Shown: positions 49,001 through 61,568 of the stretch, piece after piece | How positions within the stretch are numbered: the stretch's first letter is position 1 | Layout: each line of letters begins with the position of its first letter | Source of the DNA: Squalus acanthias | Taxonomy: Eukaryota | DNA length: 64,000 bases | Direction: 5' to 3' | Assembly (NCBI GenBank): GCA_030390025.1 | Contig: CM059432.1 | Coordinates: 105,092,001-105,156,000, forward strand | Made by a program: the position numbers and the translations under genes | Notes under the pieces: generated by a model | What the model was told of the DNA's origin: nothing | Seen by the model: only the letters and a program-made list of their open reading frames with translations | Database searches by the model: none

Positions 49001-49227
49001 GGAATTCTCTGCCACAGAAGGCAGTAGAGGCCAATTCATTAAATAGATTCAAGAAGGAGTTGGATATATTTCTTAAGGCTAAAGGGATCAAGGGATATGG
49101 GGAGAAAGCAGGGACAGGGTACTGAATTTGGATGATCAGCCATGATCGCATTGAATGGCGGAGCAGGCTAGAGGGGCCGAATGGCCTATTCCTGCTCCTA
49201 TCTTCTATGATTCTATGATTCTATGAT
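46097..49227 (+). mobile_element. Young CR1 LINE with nearly complete ORF2
   Basis: End of ORF1, then APE domain and RT; (ATTCTATG)n tail. Confidence 0.96.
46166..49125 (+). pseudogene. CR1 ORF2 (APE endonuclease + reverse transcriptase), single frameshift near 46860
   Basis: NARSI, ITETW, YRPP, GDFN in 46166-46891. SDHN and complete RT in 46801-49125. GGCCATAACTGGG here versus GGCCATCTTAGACTGGG in the 33860 copy. Confidence 0.93.
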
Positions 49228-49435
49228 CTGGAATCCACTGCCTGAAAGGGTGGTGGAAGCAGATTTAATAGTAACGTTCAAAAGAGAATTCAGTAAATAC
49301 ATGAAGGGAAAAAATTTGCAGGGCTAAGGGGAAAGAGCAGGGGAGTGGGGTTAATTGGATAGCTCCACCAAAGATCCGGCACAGGTACAATAGGCTGAAT
49401 GTCCTCCTTCTGTGCATGTTATTCTATGATTCTAA

Positions 49436-49884
49436 GGCTGTCGTTATACCGCTCTTGGGCTTCATTGGTGGGGTTCCTCACAGGCGTCTTCAGCCCAGTC
49501 TTCAGTCTTCATCCTGTGTCTCCTAGCAGCCACCCCTTAGTTTGCTTGCAGGTCCAAAGTGGTCGGGGAGCTTGGACTGCTGCAGGATGAAAGCATCATG
49601 GCGGCTCCCCGAGAATCTGGCACACACCTGCATAAAACTTTTCTTGTGGTTGCACACCAGCCAAACATTGATCGAATGTAAGCCCTTGTGGTTTACGAAT
49701 ATTCCTGGTTGATCTGGTGGTGCGCAGGTTGCCATGTGTGTGCAATCGATGACATCCTACACCTGTGGGAAGCTAGCCAGAGACGCAAACCTGAGCGCCT
49801 GCTCATTCTGACTAGTGCAATCACTGGCGAAGTTGACATAATTGCCGACCCTGGCAAACAATGCATCAGTCACCTGCCTTATGG
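49436..49884 (-). pseudogene. Harbinger transposase central fragment (part 2 of split gene)
   Basis: RQVTDALF...NHKGLHSINV...HDAFILQQ...WLKTPVRNPTNEAQERYNDS. Confidence 0.88.
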
Positions 49885-52800
49885 ATTTATTTATCTTTGG
49901 TCATCACCACAAACTTTGTTCCCTGGCCACCGTTTCCATCCCTGGCAACTGTCTGAAGCTGAGCCAGACCATTTGCAACCTTAGTGTTGTGTTTGGCCCC
50001 GAGATAAGCTTCCGACCACATATCCTCTCCATCACCAAGACCGCCGACTTCCACCTCCATAACATCGCCCGACTCCGCACCTGGCTCAGCTCATCTGCTG
50101 CTGAAACCCTCAACTATGCCCTTGTTACTTCGAGACTTGACTATTCTAATGCTCTCCTGGCCGGCCTTCTATCTTCCAGCCTACATAAACTTGTGCTCAT
50201 CCAAAACTCTGCTGCCCATATCTTAACTTACTCCAAGTATCATTCACCCATCACCCCTGTGCTTGCTAACCTACGCTGGCTCCCGGTCGGACAACGCTTC
50301 AATTTTAAAATCTTCATTCTTGTTTTCAAATCCCTCGATGACCTCACCCCCCCCCCCCTATCTCTGTAACCTCCTCCAGCCCTAAAAGCCTTCGAGATCT
50401 TTGCGCTCCTCCAATTCTGGCCTCCTGTACATCCCCGATTTTAATTGCTCCACCATTAGTGGTTATGCCTTCAGCTGCCTTGGCCCTAAACTCTGGAATT
50501 CCCTCATTAAACCTCTCCACATCTCTACCTCTCTCTCCTCCTTTAAGATGCTCCTTAAAACCTACCTGTTCGACCAAGTGTTTGTACCAACTAGGGAACA
50601 GGCTATTTTAGATCTAGTATTGTACAGTGAGACAGGGTTAATTAATAACCATGTAGTAAAGGAGCCTCTGGGGAGCAATGATCATAATATGATAGAATTT
50701 TATGTTGAATTGAGAGTAATTTAGTTAAGTTTGAAACTACTGAACAAAGCAAAATATGTAGGTATGAGAGGTGTGTTGGCTAAGGTAGGTTAGGAAACTA
50801 GATTAAAAGATAGGACAGTAGATAAGCAATGGGAAACATTAAAAAAAAATTCACAATTCACAATGAAAATACATTCCCTTAAGGAATAAAAACCCCATGG
50901 GAAAAATGGTCCAACCGTGGCTAACAAGGGAAGTTAAAGATAGTATTAGATTAAAGGAAGAGTCTTATAATGTTGCCAAAAATAGTAAGCCTGAGGATTG
51001 GGAGGATTTTGGAATTCAGCAAAGGGGGACCAAGAAATTGATGAAGAGAGAGAAAATAGAATATGAGAGTATACTAGCGAGAGACATAAAAACAGATTGT
51101 AAAAGCTGCTATAGGTATGTAAAAAGGAAGAGATTAGCAAAAATAAACGTGGGCCCCTTACAGGCAGAGACAGGAGAAATTATAATGGGGAATAAGAAAA
51201 TGGCAGGGAGATTAAACAAATACATATCTGTCTTCATGGAAGAAGACACAAAAAGCATTCTGGAAATAGTGGGGAACCAAGAGTCTAGTGAGAATGAGGG
51301 ACTTAAAAAATTAGTATTGGTAAAGAAATAGTACTGGAGAAATTAATGGGACTAAAAGCCGACAAATCCCCTGGACCTAATGGCCTACATCCTAGGGTTT
51401 TAAAAGGAGTGGCTTCCGAGATAGTGAATGCATTGGTTTTGATCTTCCAAAATTCCATAGATTCTAGAACGGTCCCCGCGGTTTGGAAGATAGCAAATGT
51501 AACCCCACTATTCAAGAAAGGAGGGAGAGAGAAAACAGGGAACTATAGGCCATTTAGCCTAACATCAGTAGTAGGGAAAATGTTAGAATCTATTAATAGG
51601 GCACTTAGAAAATCATAATATGATTGGGCAGAGTCAACACAGATTTAAGAAAGGGAAATTGTGTTTGACAAATCTAATAGAGTTTTTTGAGGTTGTAACT
51701 AGCAGGGTCGATAAGAGGGAACCAGTGGATGTAGTGTATTTGGATTTTCAGAAAGCATTCAATAAGGTGGCACACAAGAGGCTCTTACACAAAATTAGTG
51801 CTCATGGGATTGGGGGTAATATATTAGCATGGATTGAGGATTGGTTAACGGGCAGAACACAGAGGGTAGGAATAAACAGGTCATTTCTGGGTTGGCAGGC
51901 TGTAACTAGTGGAATATCGCAAGGATCAGATCTTGGGCCTCAACTATTTACAATCTATATCAATGACTCAGATGCAGCGAACCAGTGTAATCAAGTATCC
52001 AAGTTTGCTGACGATACAAAGCTAGGTGGGAAAGTAAGTTGTGAGGAGGATACTAAGAGGCTGCAAAGGGATATGGACAGGTTAAGTAAATGGGCAAGAA
52101 TGTGGCAGATGGAATATAATGTGGAGAAATGCAAAGTTATCCACTTTGGTAGGAAAAACAGAAAAGCAGAGTATTTTTTAAATGGTAAGAGATTGGGAAA
52201 TGTTGGTGTTCAGAGGGACCTGGGTGTCCTTGTACACGAACCACTGAAAGTTAACATGCAGGTACAGCAAGCAATTAGGAAAGCAAATGGTATGTTAGCT
52301 TTTATTACAAAAGGATTGGACTATAAGAGTAAAGAGGTCTCACTGCAATAATATAGGGCCTTGGTGCGACCACACCTGAAGTACTGTGTACAGTTTTGGT
52401 CTCCTTACCTAAGGAACGATATACTTGCCTTAGAGGGAGTGCAACGAAGGTTCACCAGACTGATTCCTGGGATGGGGGGATTGTCCTATGAGGAGAGATT
52501 GAGGAGACTATATTCCATAGAATTTAGAAGAATGAGGTGATCGCATTGAAACATATAAAATTCTTACAGGGTAGATGCAGGGAGGATGTTTCCCTGGCTG
52601 GGGAGTCTAGAACCAGGTGTCACAGTCTCAGAGTAAGGGGTCCAGCATTTAGATTTGAGATGAGGAGAAATCTCTTCACTCAAAAGGGTTGTGAATCTTT
52701 GGAATTCTCTACCACAGAGGGTTGTAGATGCTCAGTCGTTGACTATATTCAAGCCAGAGATCGATAGATTTTTGGATATTAAGGGAATTAAGAGATATGG

Positions 52801-53040
52801 GGATAATACGGGAAGGTGGAGTTAAGGTAGAGGATCAGCCATGATCTTATTGAAGGCGAAGCAGGCTCGAAGCGGCGAATGGCCTACTCCTGCTCCTATT
52901 TCTTATGTTCTTATGTCATCTGTTCTTATATCTGCTTCTGCGGCTCAGTGTCAAAAAAGTTCTTATTGATATCTCTCTTGTTAAGCGCCTTGGAACGTTT
53001 TGCTAAGTTAAGTGCGCTATATAAATGTAAGTTGTTGTTG
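49885..53040 (+). mobile_element. L2 3' fragment with nested CR1
   Basis: ALVTSRLDYSNALL, IQNSAA, ITPVLANLRWLPV. Tail ATAAATGTAAGTTGTTGTTG ends at 53040. Confidence 0.88.
50577..52916 (+). mobile_element. CR1 LINE, 5'-truncated, decayed
   Basis: PTREQAILDLV through RT motifs to a TTCTTATG tail. Confidence 0.93.
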
Positions 53041-53440
53041 TCATTACGTGCAGCCGACTGGGAGATCCTGGATATGTCTCTGGTAGCGTCCTGGAAGGAT
53101 CCGGATACAAAAATTTGAGGGCGGTGGTCACTTTCACAACCAATGGTAATGCATGGCTACCAGGTCCAACAGGAAGTAGGCCTTCTTCTAGATGTCTGCC
53201 ACCACCTGATGTGACAATCTCAGCCTCTGGATGTACTGCTCTTCCAAGAGGTGAAGGAAGCTGATCCTCTGGCTGTACATCCTGTTACGTGGGTAGTTCC
53301 TGCTGTGACCTTGACCCCATTGCTGCTCCCCTCTGCTCACCACCCGCAGGTCTCTCCACAGCAGGCTGTTGCTGCTGCTGATGGTGATCTTGCTCCTCGT
53401 CCAAGGTCCAATATAAGGCAGCCATGGTGCCACCCATCCT
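53041..53440 (-). pseudogene. Harbinger transposase N-terminal fragment (part 1 of split gene)
   Basis: RISFLHLLEEQYIQRLRLS, LPLVVKVTTAL, SGSFQ, ISQSAA. Candidate element end AAAATTCCCCCC at ~53594. Confidence 0.82.
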
Positions 53441-54051
53441 GATCATGAGTCTTAATACCTTCAACGTGCAGAAATTAGCCTCTCACCACAAGTACTCTCA
53501 ACAAACCCTTTCGCAGTGGGAGATAAGGGAGCAGCTGTGAGCACAACCCTCCCGAACCCAAACCCACACTTTCTTTACTATTAAAATTCCCCCCAATGTT
53601 ACAGATTTTGGGCAGAGACAATATGGAGGAAGCTTAGCGTTGAAAGTGATCTGTCATGTCCTTGTTATCCAAACTACATCCTAGTTCATGTCCCTCTTCT
53701 AGGTTAGAGAAATGACTTGGTCATGAGCTCCAGGGAGAGGGATGAGGAAAGCCTTCCTGAAAATACCCCATCACTTAATCTCACTCTCCCTCAGATCAGA
53801 AATGTGTAATCTGTTCAATTTAGATAGTGGTTTAAAGGGGAGTATACTAGATGTTTCTGGGCTCAAGGGAATAGCAGTTGGTGGCGATGGTAAAGGAGGA
53901 AAAGGAATGAACTGGCTAGAGGGTCAGCTCAGGTCCTTTGTTTGCTGAACATGACAGAGATGTGGATCTCAAGTGCCCCAGCTTTTCAAAAAATTATATC
54001 TTCTGATTAGGAGAGATTGCTGAAATAATTGGACTATCTGCATATGAGCTA

Positions 54052-54498
54052 GTGTCAGCTGTGGCTCGTTGGTATAGCTCTCGACTCTGAGTCAGAAGGT
54101 TGTGGGATGAAGCCCCACTCCAGAGATTTGAGCACATAATCTAGGCTGACACTTCAATGCAGTACTGAGGCAGTGCTGCACTGTCGGAGGTATCTTCTTT
54201 CAGGTGATACAGTAAACCTCTCAGATGGATGTAAAAGATTGCATGGTACTATTTTGAAGAAGAGCAAGGGAGTTCTCCCGGTGTTCTGGCCAATATTTAT
54301 CCCTCACTCAACATTCACTAAAAAACAAATTATCTGGTCATTATATCATTGCTGTTTGTGGGACCTTGCTGTGCGCAAATTGGCTGCCATGTTTCCTGCA
54401 TTACAACAGTGACTACACTTCAAAAGTACTTCATTGGCTGTAAAGTGCTTTGGGAGGCCCGGTGGTCGTGAAAGGCACTATATAAATGCAAGTTGTTT
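54052..54498 (+). mobile_element. tRNA-derived Deu-domain SINE with L2-type tail
   Basis: tRNA-like head (GTGGCTC...TCTGAGTCAGAAGGTTGTGGG). Core GGATGTAAAAGAT...GAAGAAGAGCA...CTGGCCAATATTTATCCCTCA. Tail TATAAATGCAAGTTG. Confidence 0.8.
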
Positions 54499-54624
54499 CC
54501 ATCATTGAGTGTGGGGTTTCTCCAGGGTGATGTCAGGAAGCACTTCTTCACAAAAAGGGTAGTGGTAATCTGGAGCTCTCTACCCAAAAGACTGTTGAGG
54601 CGAGGTAAATTTAATATTTAAAAC

Positions 54625-57030
54625 AGGGAAATGGCAGAGACTCTGAACAAATATTTTGTATCTGTCTTCACAGTAGAAGACACTAACAACATCCCAATAA
54701 TAGTAGATAATCAAGGGGCAAAAGGGAGGGAGGAACTTAAAACAATCACTATCACTAGAGAAAAAGTACTTGGCAAACTAATGGGACTAAGGGCTGACAA
54801 GTCCCCTGGACCTGATGGCCTGCATCCTAGGGTCTTAAAAGGAGTGGCTGCAGAGATAGTGGATGCATTGGTTGTAATCTACCAAAATTCCCTGGATTCT
54901 GGAAAGGTCCCAGCGGATTGGAAAACCGCAAATGTAACACCCCTACTCAAGAAAGGAGGGAGACAGAAAGCAGGAAACTATAGGCCAGTTAGCCTAACAT
55001 CTGTTATTGGGAAAATGTTGGAATCCATTATTAAGGAAGTAGTAGCAGTACATTTAGAAAATCATAATACATACAAGCAGAGTCAACATGGTTTTATGAA
55101 AGGGAAATCGTGTTTGACAAATTTACTAGAGTTCTTTGAGGCTGTAACGAGCAGGGTGGATAAAGTGGAAACCAGTAGATGTAGTGTATTTGGATTTCCA
55201 GAAAGCATTCGGTAAGGTGCCACATAAAAGGTTACTACACAAGATAAGAGCTCACGAGGTTGGGGGTAATATATTAGCATGGATAGAGGATTGGCTAACT
55301 AACAGAAAACAGAGAGTCGCGATAAATGGGTCATTTTCAGGTTGGCAATCAGTAACTAGTGGGGTGCCGCAGGGATCAGTGCTGGGGCCTCAACTATTTA
55401 CAATCTATATTAATGAAGGGACCAAGTGTACTGCTGCCAAATTTGCTGACGATACAAAGATAGGTGAGAAAGCAAGTTGTGAGGAGGACACTATGGGCTG
55501 GATTTTCATTGACCCGTGGAGGCGGGTTTGGAGGCGTGTGGGGGGTTAAAATTGCAAAAACTGGCGGGCGGGCACAAGCCCGCCTCCATCCCACCTCCAC
55601 GCAATTTTCATTAAATCGTGTCTGCTGGTCCCGACTCCGTCCCGCCTCTAAGAGGCGGGATAGGCTGTTAAGGCCCTTAACAAGCACTAAATTGCCTCTA
55701 TAATGCCATTTTGAAAGGCCTTTGTGATTTTAACCCTTTTTCTACGTGAAGCACGCCTGTTCTGAACCACGAATGTGAAACCTGGTGGGAGCACATTTGG
55801 ATAGCTGACGCTGGCTGGCTGGCTGGCTGGGCTGAGCTGAGCTGAACTGAGCTGAGCTGATCTGGGAGTGGTGGTGCAAGGGAGACATATCTGGGAGTGG
55901 TGGTGCAAAAATATCTGGGAGCAGACTTAGGGCTGCTGCTCATTTTGCATCCAGGTCCTCTCACAGCGAAGGCCAGGCAGTCTTTGCAGACCTTCAATGC
56001 AGCAGCAATGATGACATCATCAGAGGCGACTTTCAGACTGAAAACACTAATTGGGTCATGGGTTCCCACATGCTGGAACTCAATTGCCCAATTAGGTGAA
56101 AATCGCATCAATCTCCCAGATCGAATTGCAGTCGGGTGGATAACACGAAAAGTGGATAACACGACCCCAACCTGCCCCAGTATCAAAATCCAGCCCAAAG
56201 AGTCTGCAAAGGGATATAGATAAGTTAAGTGAGTGGGCAAAAATTTGGCAGATGGAGTATAATGTGGGAAAATGTGAGGTTTTCCACTTTGGTAGGAAGA
56301 ATAAAAAAGCGAAATATTATTTAAATGGAGAGAGACTACAGAATGCTGCGGTACAGAGGGATCTGGGTGTGCTCGTATATGAAACACAAAAAGTTAGCAT
56401 GCAGGTACAGCAAGTAATTAGGAAGGCAAATGGAATGTTGGCCTTTATTGTAAGGGGGATGGAGTATAAAAGTAGGGAAGTCTTGCTACAACTGTACAAG
56501 GCGTTGGTGAGACCACATCTTGAGTACTGTGTACAGTTTTGATCTCCTTATTTAAGTAGGGATATACTTGCATTGGAGGCAGTTCAGAGAAGGTTCACTA
56601 GGTTGATTCCTGAGTTGAAGGGGTTATCTTATGAGGAAAGGTTGAGCAGGTTGGACCTATACTCATTGGAGTTTAGGAGGATGAGAGGTGATCTTATTGA
56701 AACATATAAGATTCTGAGGGGGCTTGACAGGGTAAATGCTGAGAGGATGTCTCCCCTTGTGGGGGAAACTAGAACTCGGGGGCATAGTTTCAGAATAAGG
56801 GGTTGCCCATTTAAAACGGAGATGAGGAGGAATTTCTTCTCTCAGAGTTGTGGAGGCTGAGTCATTGAATATATTCAAGGCGGGGATACACAGATTTTTG
56901 AAAAACAGGGGAATCAAGGGTTATGGGGAGCGGGCAGAAAAGTGGAGTTGAGGCGAAGATCAGATCAGCCATGATCTTATTGAATGGCGGAGCAGGCTCG
57001 AGGGGCCGAATGGCCTACTCCTGTTCCTGT
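54625..57030 (+). mobile_element. CR1 LINE, 5'-truncated, interrupted by a MITE
   Basis: RT ORF fragments at 54631-56860 and CR1 3' UTR. Confidence 0.93.
55495..56196. mobile_element. Harbinger-type MITE (family C, second copy)
   Basis: TIR GGGCTGGATTTT/AAAATCCAGCCC. Flanks TAT and AAA do not form a clean TSD. Confidence 0.92.
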
Positions 57031-58294
57031 GTTCCTTTCTTTCTTTAGTGTGCAGGATTCCACAATCTGCATGTGAGATTCTAATTTATGGCATTGAAAC
57101 CAGCAGGCCATCATGGAGTGCGGGGTCTCTCCAGGGTCACTTACAGTACAGCATCCCATGACACAGCCTGTGACGTCAGTAACAGCATTCCTGCTTCCTT
57201 CCTCCTGCTCATCCTTTTCCTCCAAGCAGACTAAATAGAGTGGTATTCCCAGAGGGATCCCCATAAAGGAAAGGGTAGTTTACTTGCAACAATAAGCAGT
57301 ATAAAATCACCGCTGCAAACCTATTTCACACACAGATGTATAGATTAATTGATAAAACAGTGGCTGGAGTCAAAAATTAAGTTGCTACAGTACCTGCTAT
57401 CAGCTTGCTGGGCCCTTAAATATATCACCTCACTTGAACTAACAGCCCTGATTCATGGGTGGAATCAGAAAGTGATGTAATGGGTGCATAAAAGACACAA
57501 GAGAGAAATTTTCAATCCATCCAAAATGGGCACAAAGTCAGTGGAGCAGCGGCACCACCCACCCGAAGCCGACGTTTGGAGGCCCGAACCACTTTAATGT
57601 TCCAGCCCCATTTGAATGTAGTCGGTGAGGTGTGGGTGCCAAAAGGGTCCTCCGCTGTAGCTTGCTGATTGTGGGAGGGTGGGAAATCAGCTGGCTTCTA
57701 CGATGAGCAGGTTGGGCTGAGGGGGTGGCGGCGGAGGGGGAGCCGATCCCGGAGGGGGACAAATGTGGGTCAGCAGTGGGCTGCAGTATTTTGTGTGTAA
57801 CAGACACTAAAATCAGCCCCACAATATTTAATGCTAGTTTTCTGTCGATGCAGCATACTTTCCAAATAGGGCTAAACATGACTGTGTTTCACTCCTACTT
57901 TTTTCAAATTTTTGTTTCTGTATGTGACACTATTTATCCAGGAAACTATTCATTCCCCCAAGATGTAAAAAAACCTGTACTTTTTGATAATCACAATATC
58001 CAATTACTAGACTAACTTTTTGGATTAAGACCAGGAAAGCAAATATACTAAATGGGATAACAAAGTGCTGTAACATAGTGAGGCATTTGATAAAGCTGGT
58101 CCTTGGGCTTAGGTATTTCTTCCTGGAATTGTACAGCTATTGTATTGGAATTTATTTTCCTCTTCTCCATCCAGAGTCCATCACCATTCTCCCTTCAGTA
58201 CTTTGCTATCTCAGAAAATGAACTCAAGCATTCCCATTTTTAAAAGTGAATTGCAAACCAAGGGTACTACAGGTTTTAAAATATAAGATAAATT

Positions 58295-59187
58295 GGGGGA
58301 AAAATTCAGTCGCGCCCCGTTTGGGGCGCAAATATCGTCCGGGCGCAAAAATTAGCGCCTGGCGCTAATTATCGCCACTGACTGGAAACTTCACTTTTAT
58401 CGACCCCTGAGGTGATTGGAGCGCTAAATCAGGCGCTTCACACCTGTCTTAAGGCGCAAAGGCTGAGGAGCAAGGCGCTAACTCAGAGCGCTGGCGAAGC
58501 TCATGTGATGTTAGTCAGCAATGGAACACACACTCAATGGCACCGGCCAGTTCTTAAAGGGGATGGTTGATCTTGCTTTCCATCCACATCCTGCTCATTG
58601 CAGCCTTGAATCCCGGCCTGGAGAGACCTGCACATCAAATCTGCTGGAAAGAACAATGGAGAGTACCAGGGAAAGAGCTTAGAGTGCAGCCCCAACAGTC
58701 TCTTCTAAATCGATACAAGGAATGGCAAATCAAAATGAACCTGCAAAGTGCTGCTCAGTACCCAAAACTCCTTCACACAACGTTGAATCTCTCCAGATGT
58801 GTGTCTCTCTCTCTCTCAGAATGCGTAGTTCAAAAATGGCACCAACAATAAAAGGCAGGAAGCGGTCACCTTTAAATAGCGCTCCCCCAGTCCCTTCATG
58901 ACTGCAGAACGCTCCCCTCAACCTGTCGTTGCTAGCGTCAGGCGGTAAGGCAGGGGGCGCCACTCAATATCCGCTCCGGGGCGATACCGGGGCGTTGCAC
59001 ACTCGACTGACGTCACGATCTGCCGGCGCAGGAGATCGTGGTGGTAGTGTTTAGCGCCGCCGCAAAATGTCTAGTTAAGTTCGCGAGTGGCGCAAACATC
59101 GCTGCGCCCGGGCGCTAGCTGCTTTGCGCCCCATTAGCGCCCTCTTAAGGCGCTAACGGGAGGCGCAACCAACTGAATTTTTCCCCC
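58295..59187 (-). mobile_element. Non-autonomous internal-deletion derivative of the intact Harbinger family (893 bp)
   Basis: Perfect TIR GGGGGAAAAATTCAGT; ATT TSD. Left ~340 bp matches 15610ff and right ~400 bp matches ~19350-19756; both ORFs absent. Confidence 0.95.
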
Positions 59188-60194
59188 ATTGTCTCTTAAC
59201 TTCAGTCAATAGTTGTGTTCTGCTCTGGAACATCTCCAATGTGTTATATGCAATATGGTTTTAAGTGCTGTCAGCACTCCTGTTGTACACAGTAAATTTA
59301 AACAGAGCACAAAAAGCAGTTGCACATTAACTGGACCCTTTAAGTACAATATAACGAGCAGGACTGGGACTTGATAAAAGTTTGTATACATTGAGATACC
59401 GTCCGGAATTTGCTTCCATCAGGAATTGAGTAAACATGGATTTTACTGCTTAATAAATAAACCAGTAATCTGTTGCAAACTCAATCTTGTTTCCTCTGTG
59501 TAAATGTGGTTTAATCTAGTAATACCACCACAAAGTGTTGAAATACACTTCACACACATGATCCCACTAACAGAATTAAGCACAGATCGATTGAATTCAA
59601 GAAAATAAATGTTAAGCGAAGGCAGTTTATATTACACAAAATAACAGCCAATCGAAATTTAGATGCTACCTTTCCTTTGGGTTTAAGGCCTAATTTTCAT
59701 AATTTACATCTGGATGTGATATCATTATAACATATGTTTTCTATACATTGAATACGCTGTATGATATTCAATGTCTTATATTGCAGCCGATGACTGTGAT
59801 TAGTAACACTCATGACAATGTACCACGCAGAAACACGATGCATAACCTTGTTACATACAAAAAGCATATGTGCCAACCATCAGTGTTTCTGGAGCTGTGT
59901 CCCCTGCTCAACATCTGGTAAGGAAAGCCGCTGCAGGGTTTAAACTTCTTGTGTTGCTCACTGCTGCCCTGAGGGTGCTCTAGAACGCTGCAGAAAACTC
60001 CTCTGCACATGCGCAGAACTTGTGCAGGCACACAGTTGCGAATTCAGGCTCTTGATGAACTGGCACTCAGTGGCATCTATGTACTTTAAGCCTTCAAGGG
60101 CTACTGTAAAGACTAATCATTTATATTGTGCTAGAGAAACTAAGCAATGCACATTGTATCGGGAAAGATATGAAGCAGAAGTTGATAGAAAGAA

Positions 60195-60470
60195 AAGAAG
60201 ACCTTGCATTTATATCGCACCTTTCATGATCTCAGGACATCTCAAAGTGCTTTAAAGCCAATGAAATACTTTTGAAGTATAGTCACTGTTGTCATGGAAA
60301 CGCGGCAGCCAATTTGCGCTCAGCGAGGTCCCACAAACAGCAATGTGACAATGATCAGATAATTTGTTTTTTTTGTGATGTTGGTTGTGGGATAAATATT
60401 GATCAGGACACCCAGGAGAATTCCCCTTCTCTTCTTTGAATAGTGCCATGGGATCTTTTACATCCACCTG
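60195..60470 (-). mobile_element. Deu-domain SINE 3' part
   Basis: Reverse-complement similarity to 54230-54495. Confidence 0.78.
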
Positions 60471-60846
60471 ATGCTGTAGGCTGGAGCAGTGGGTGGTAAT
60501 GGGCTTGGAGAAGTACCCGGAATCACTGACTTGCCTTGGAGCTGGAAATTGAAGGCAAAAACAGAAAATGTTAGAAATAGACAACAGGTCCACCAGCATC
60601 TGTAAAGAGAAAAGACAGAATAGAACAGAAAACTGGAGAAAGCCAGCATGGAAGGGAAACAGCAAGAGCCAGAAAATAGCAAGTGGGACACAGAAGCATC
60701 AGGAACCTGAAGAAGCTCAGAGGGTCAGAGGAGGAAAGGTAGTGGGGTAAATTTTAACTTTGTGTAATAATGTAAAGCAGCCTGTTTTACATCTCTCCCG
60801 ATTTTTATTTCCATTGAAGTTATTGAGTTGAGCAGAGGAGCACATA

Positions 60847-61568
60847 GGGGGTGAAATTGGGTGCCTTTGCACCCTGGGGGTGCTAACGGGGTACAAATGG
60901 CATTGCGACCTGGGCGCGGCGCTTACATCGACTTTATGGCGGGAGTTTTGTGGGGGCGCTACAAAGTTGCACCCCGATCCTTCGCCTGGAGATCGTGATG
61001 TCATTGCCGTGTGCATCGCCCCGGTAGCGCCCCGGACCCGAAATTGACTTCCGTCCCCTGCAGCAGCGCCGGTCGAAATCACCGACAGCTGCAGGAGGTG
61101 TGCATCGGGCGGCCGGCTACTTCGGGGTCAATGATTAAAGGCGAGGTGGCCGAGGTAAGTGGAAAAAAAACTTGCCTTTCCTGTTCTAGTTTTTTTCACA
61201 GGTTCATGACCGCGATCGATCAGCCAGGCACTCTGCCTGAGTACCGGGCTAATCGCACGGGATCGCGGCTGCCTTGGTGGTCCAGGCAGGTACTTTTTAA
61301 ATTGCAGAGCCTGCAGCGATGGCCCTTCCCTTTAAGGGTGGGAAGGAGCCTTTGAACGCGGCAGCGCTGCACGGCCCAGTGTGCAGTGCTGCTGAAGTCT
61401 CCACCCCAGCTCTCCGATGTTAGCGCCTTAAGAAGGAAGTGGAGCGCTTGATTTAGTGCTCCACTTCCCTCTTGGGGCGCTAAAACTCAATGTTGTGGTC
61501 GCCGGCGCTAACGCTAGCGCCCAGGCGATGTTAGCGCCCCAAAATGGTCGATACTGAATTTTTCCCCC
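60847..61568. mobile_element. Harbinger-type MITE (family B)
   Basis: GGGGGTGAAATT...AATTTTTCCCCC with ATA TSD. Shares the internal hairpin and layout of 7921-8648. Confidence 0.9.

Larger units (their letters stand above)
29961..49434 (+). mobile_element. Near full-length decayed CR1 LINE carrying many nested insertions
   Basis: ORF1 Cys-rich start (~30160-30980) and esterase-like end DGLHLN. APE domain 31250-31517 resumes at 37118; RT runs to 39880. 3' end 49228-49434 with ATTCTATGATTCTA tail. Confidence 0.8.

Noticed and set aside
54052..54125. tRNA gene
   Set aside because: Degenerate B-box and continuity into SINE core and tail; it is a SINE head.
57040..57820. Further Harbinger remnant or MITE
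   Set aside because: Only faint hints (MGIPLGIP.. start, AAAATCAGCCCC end); boundaries and TSD could not be supported.
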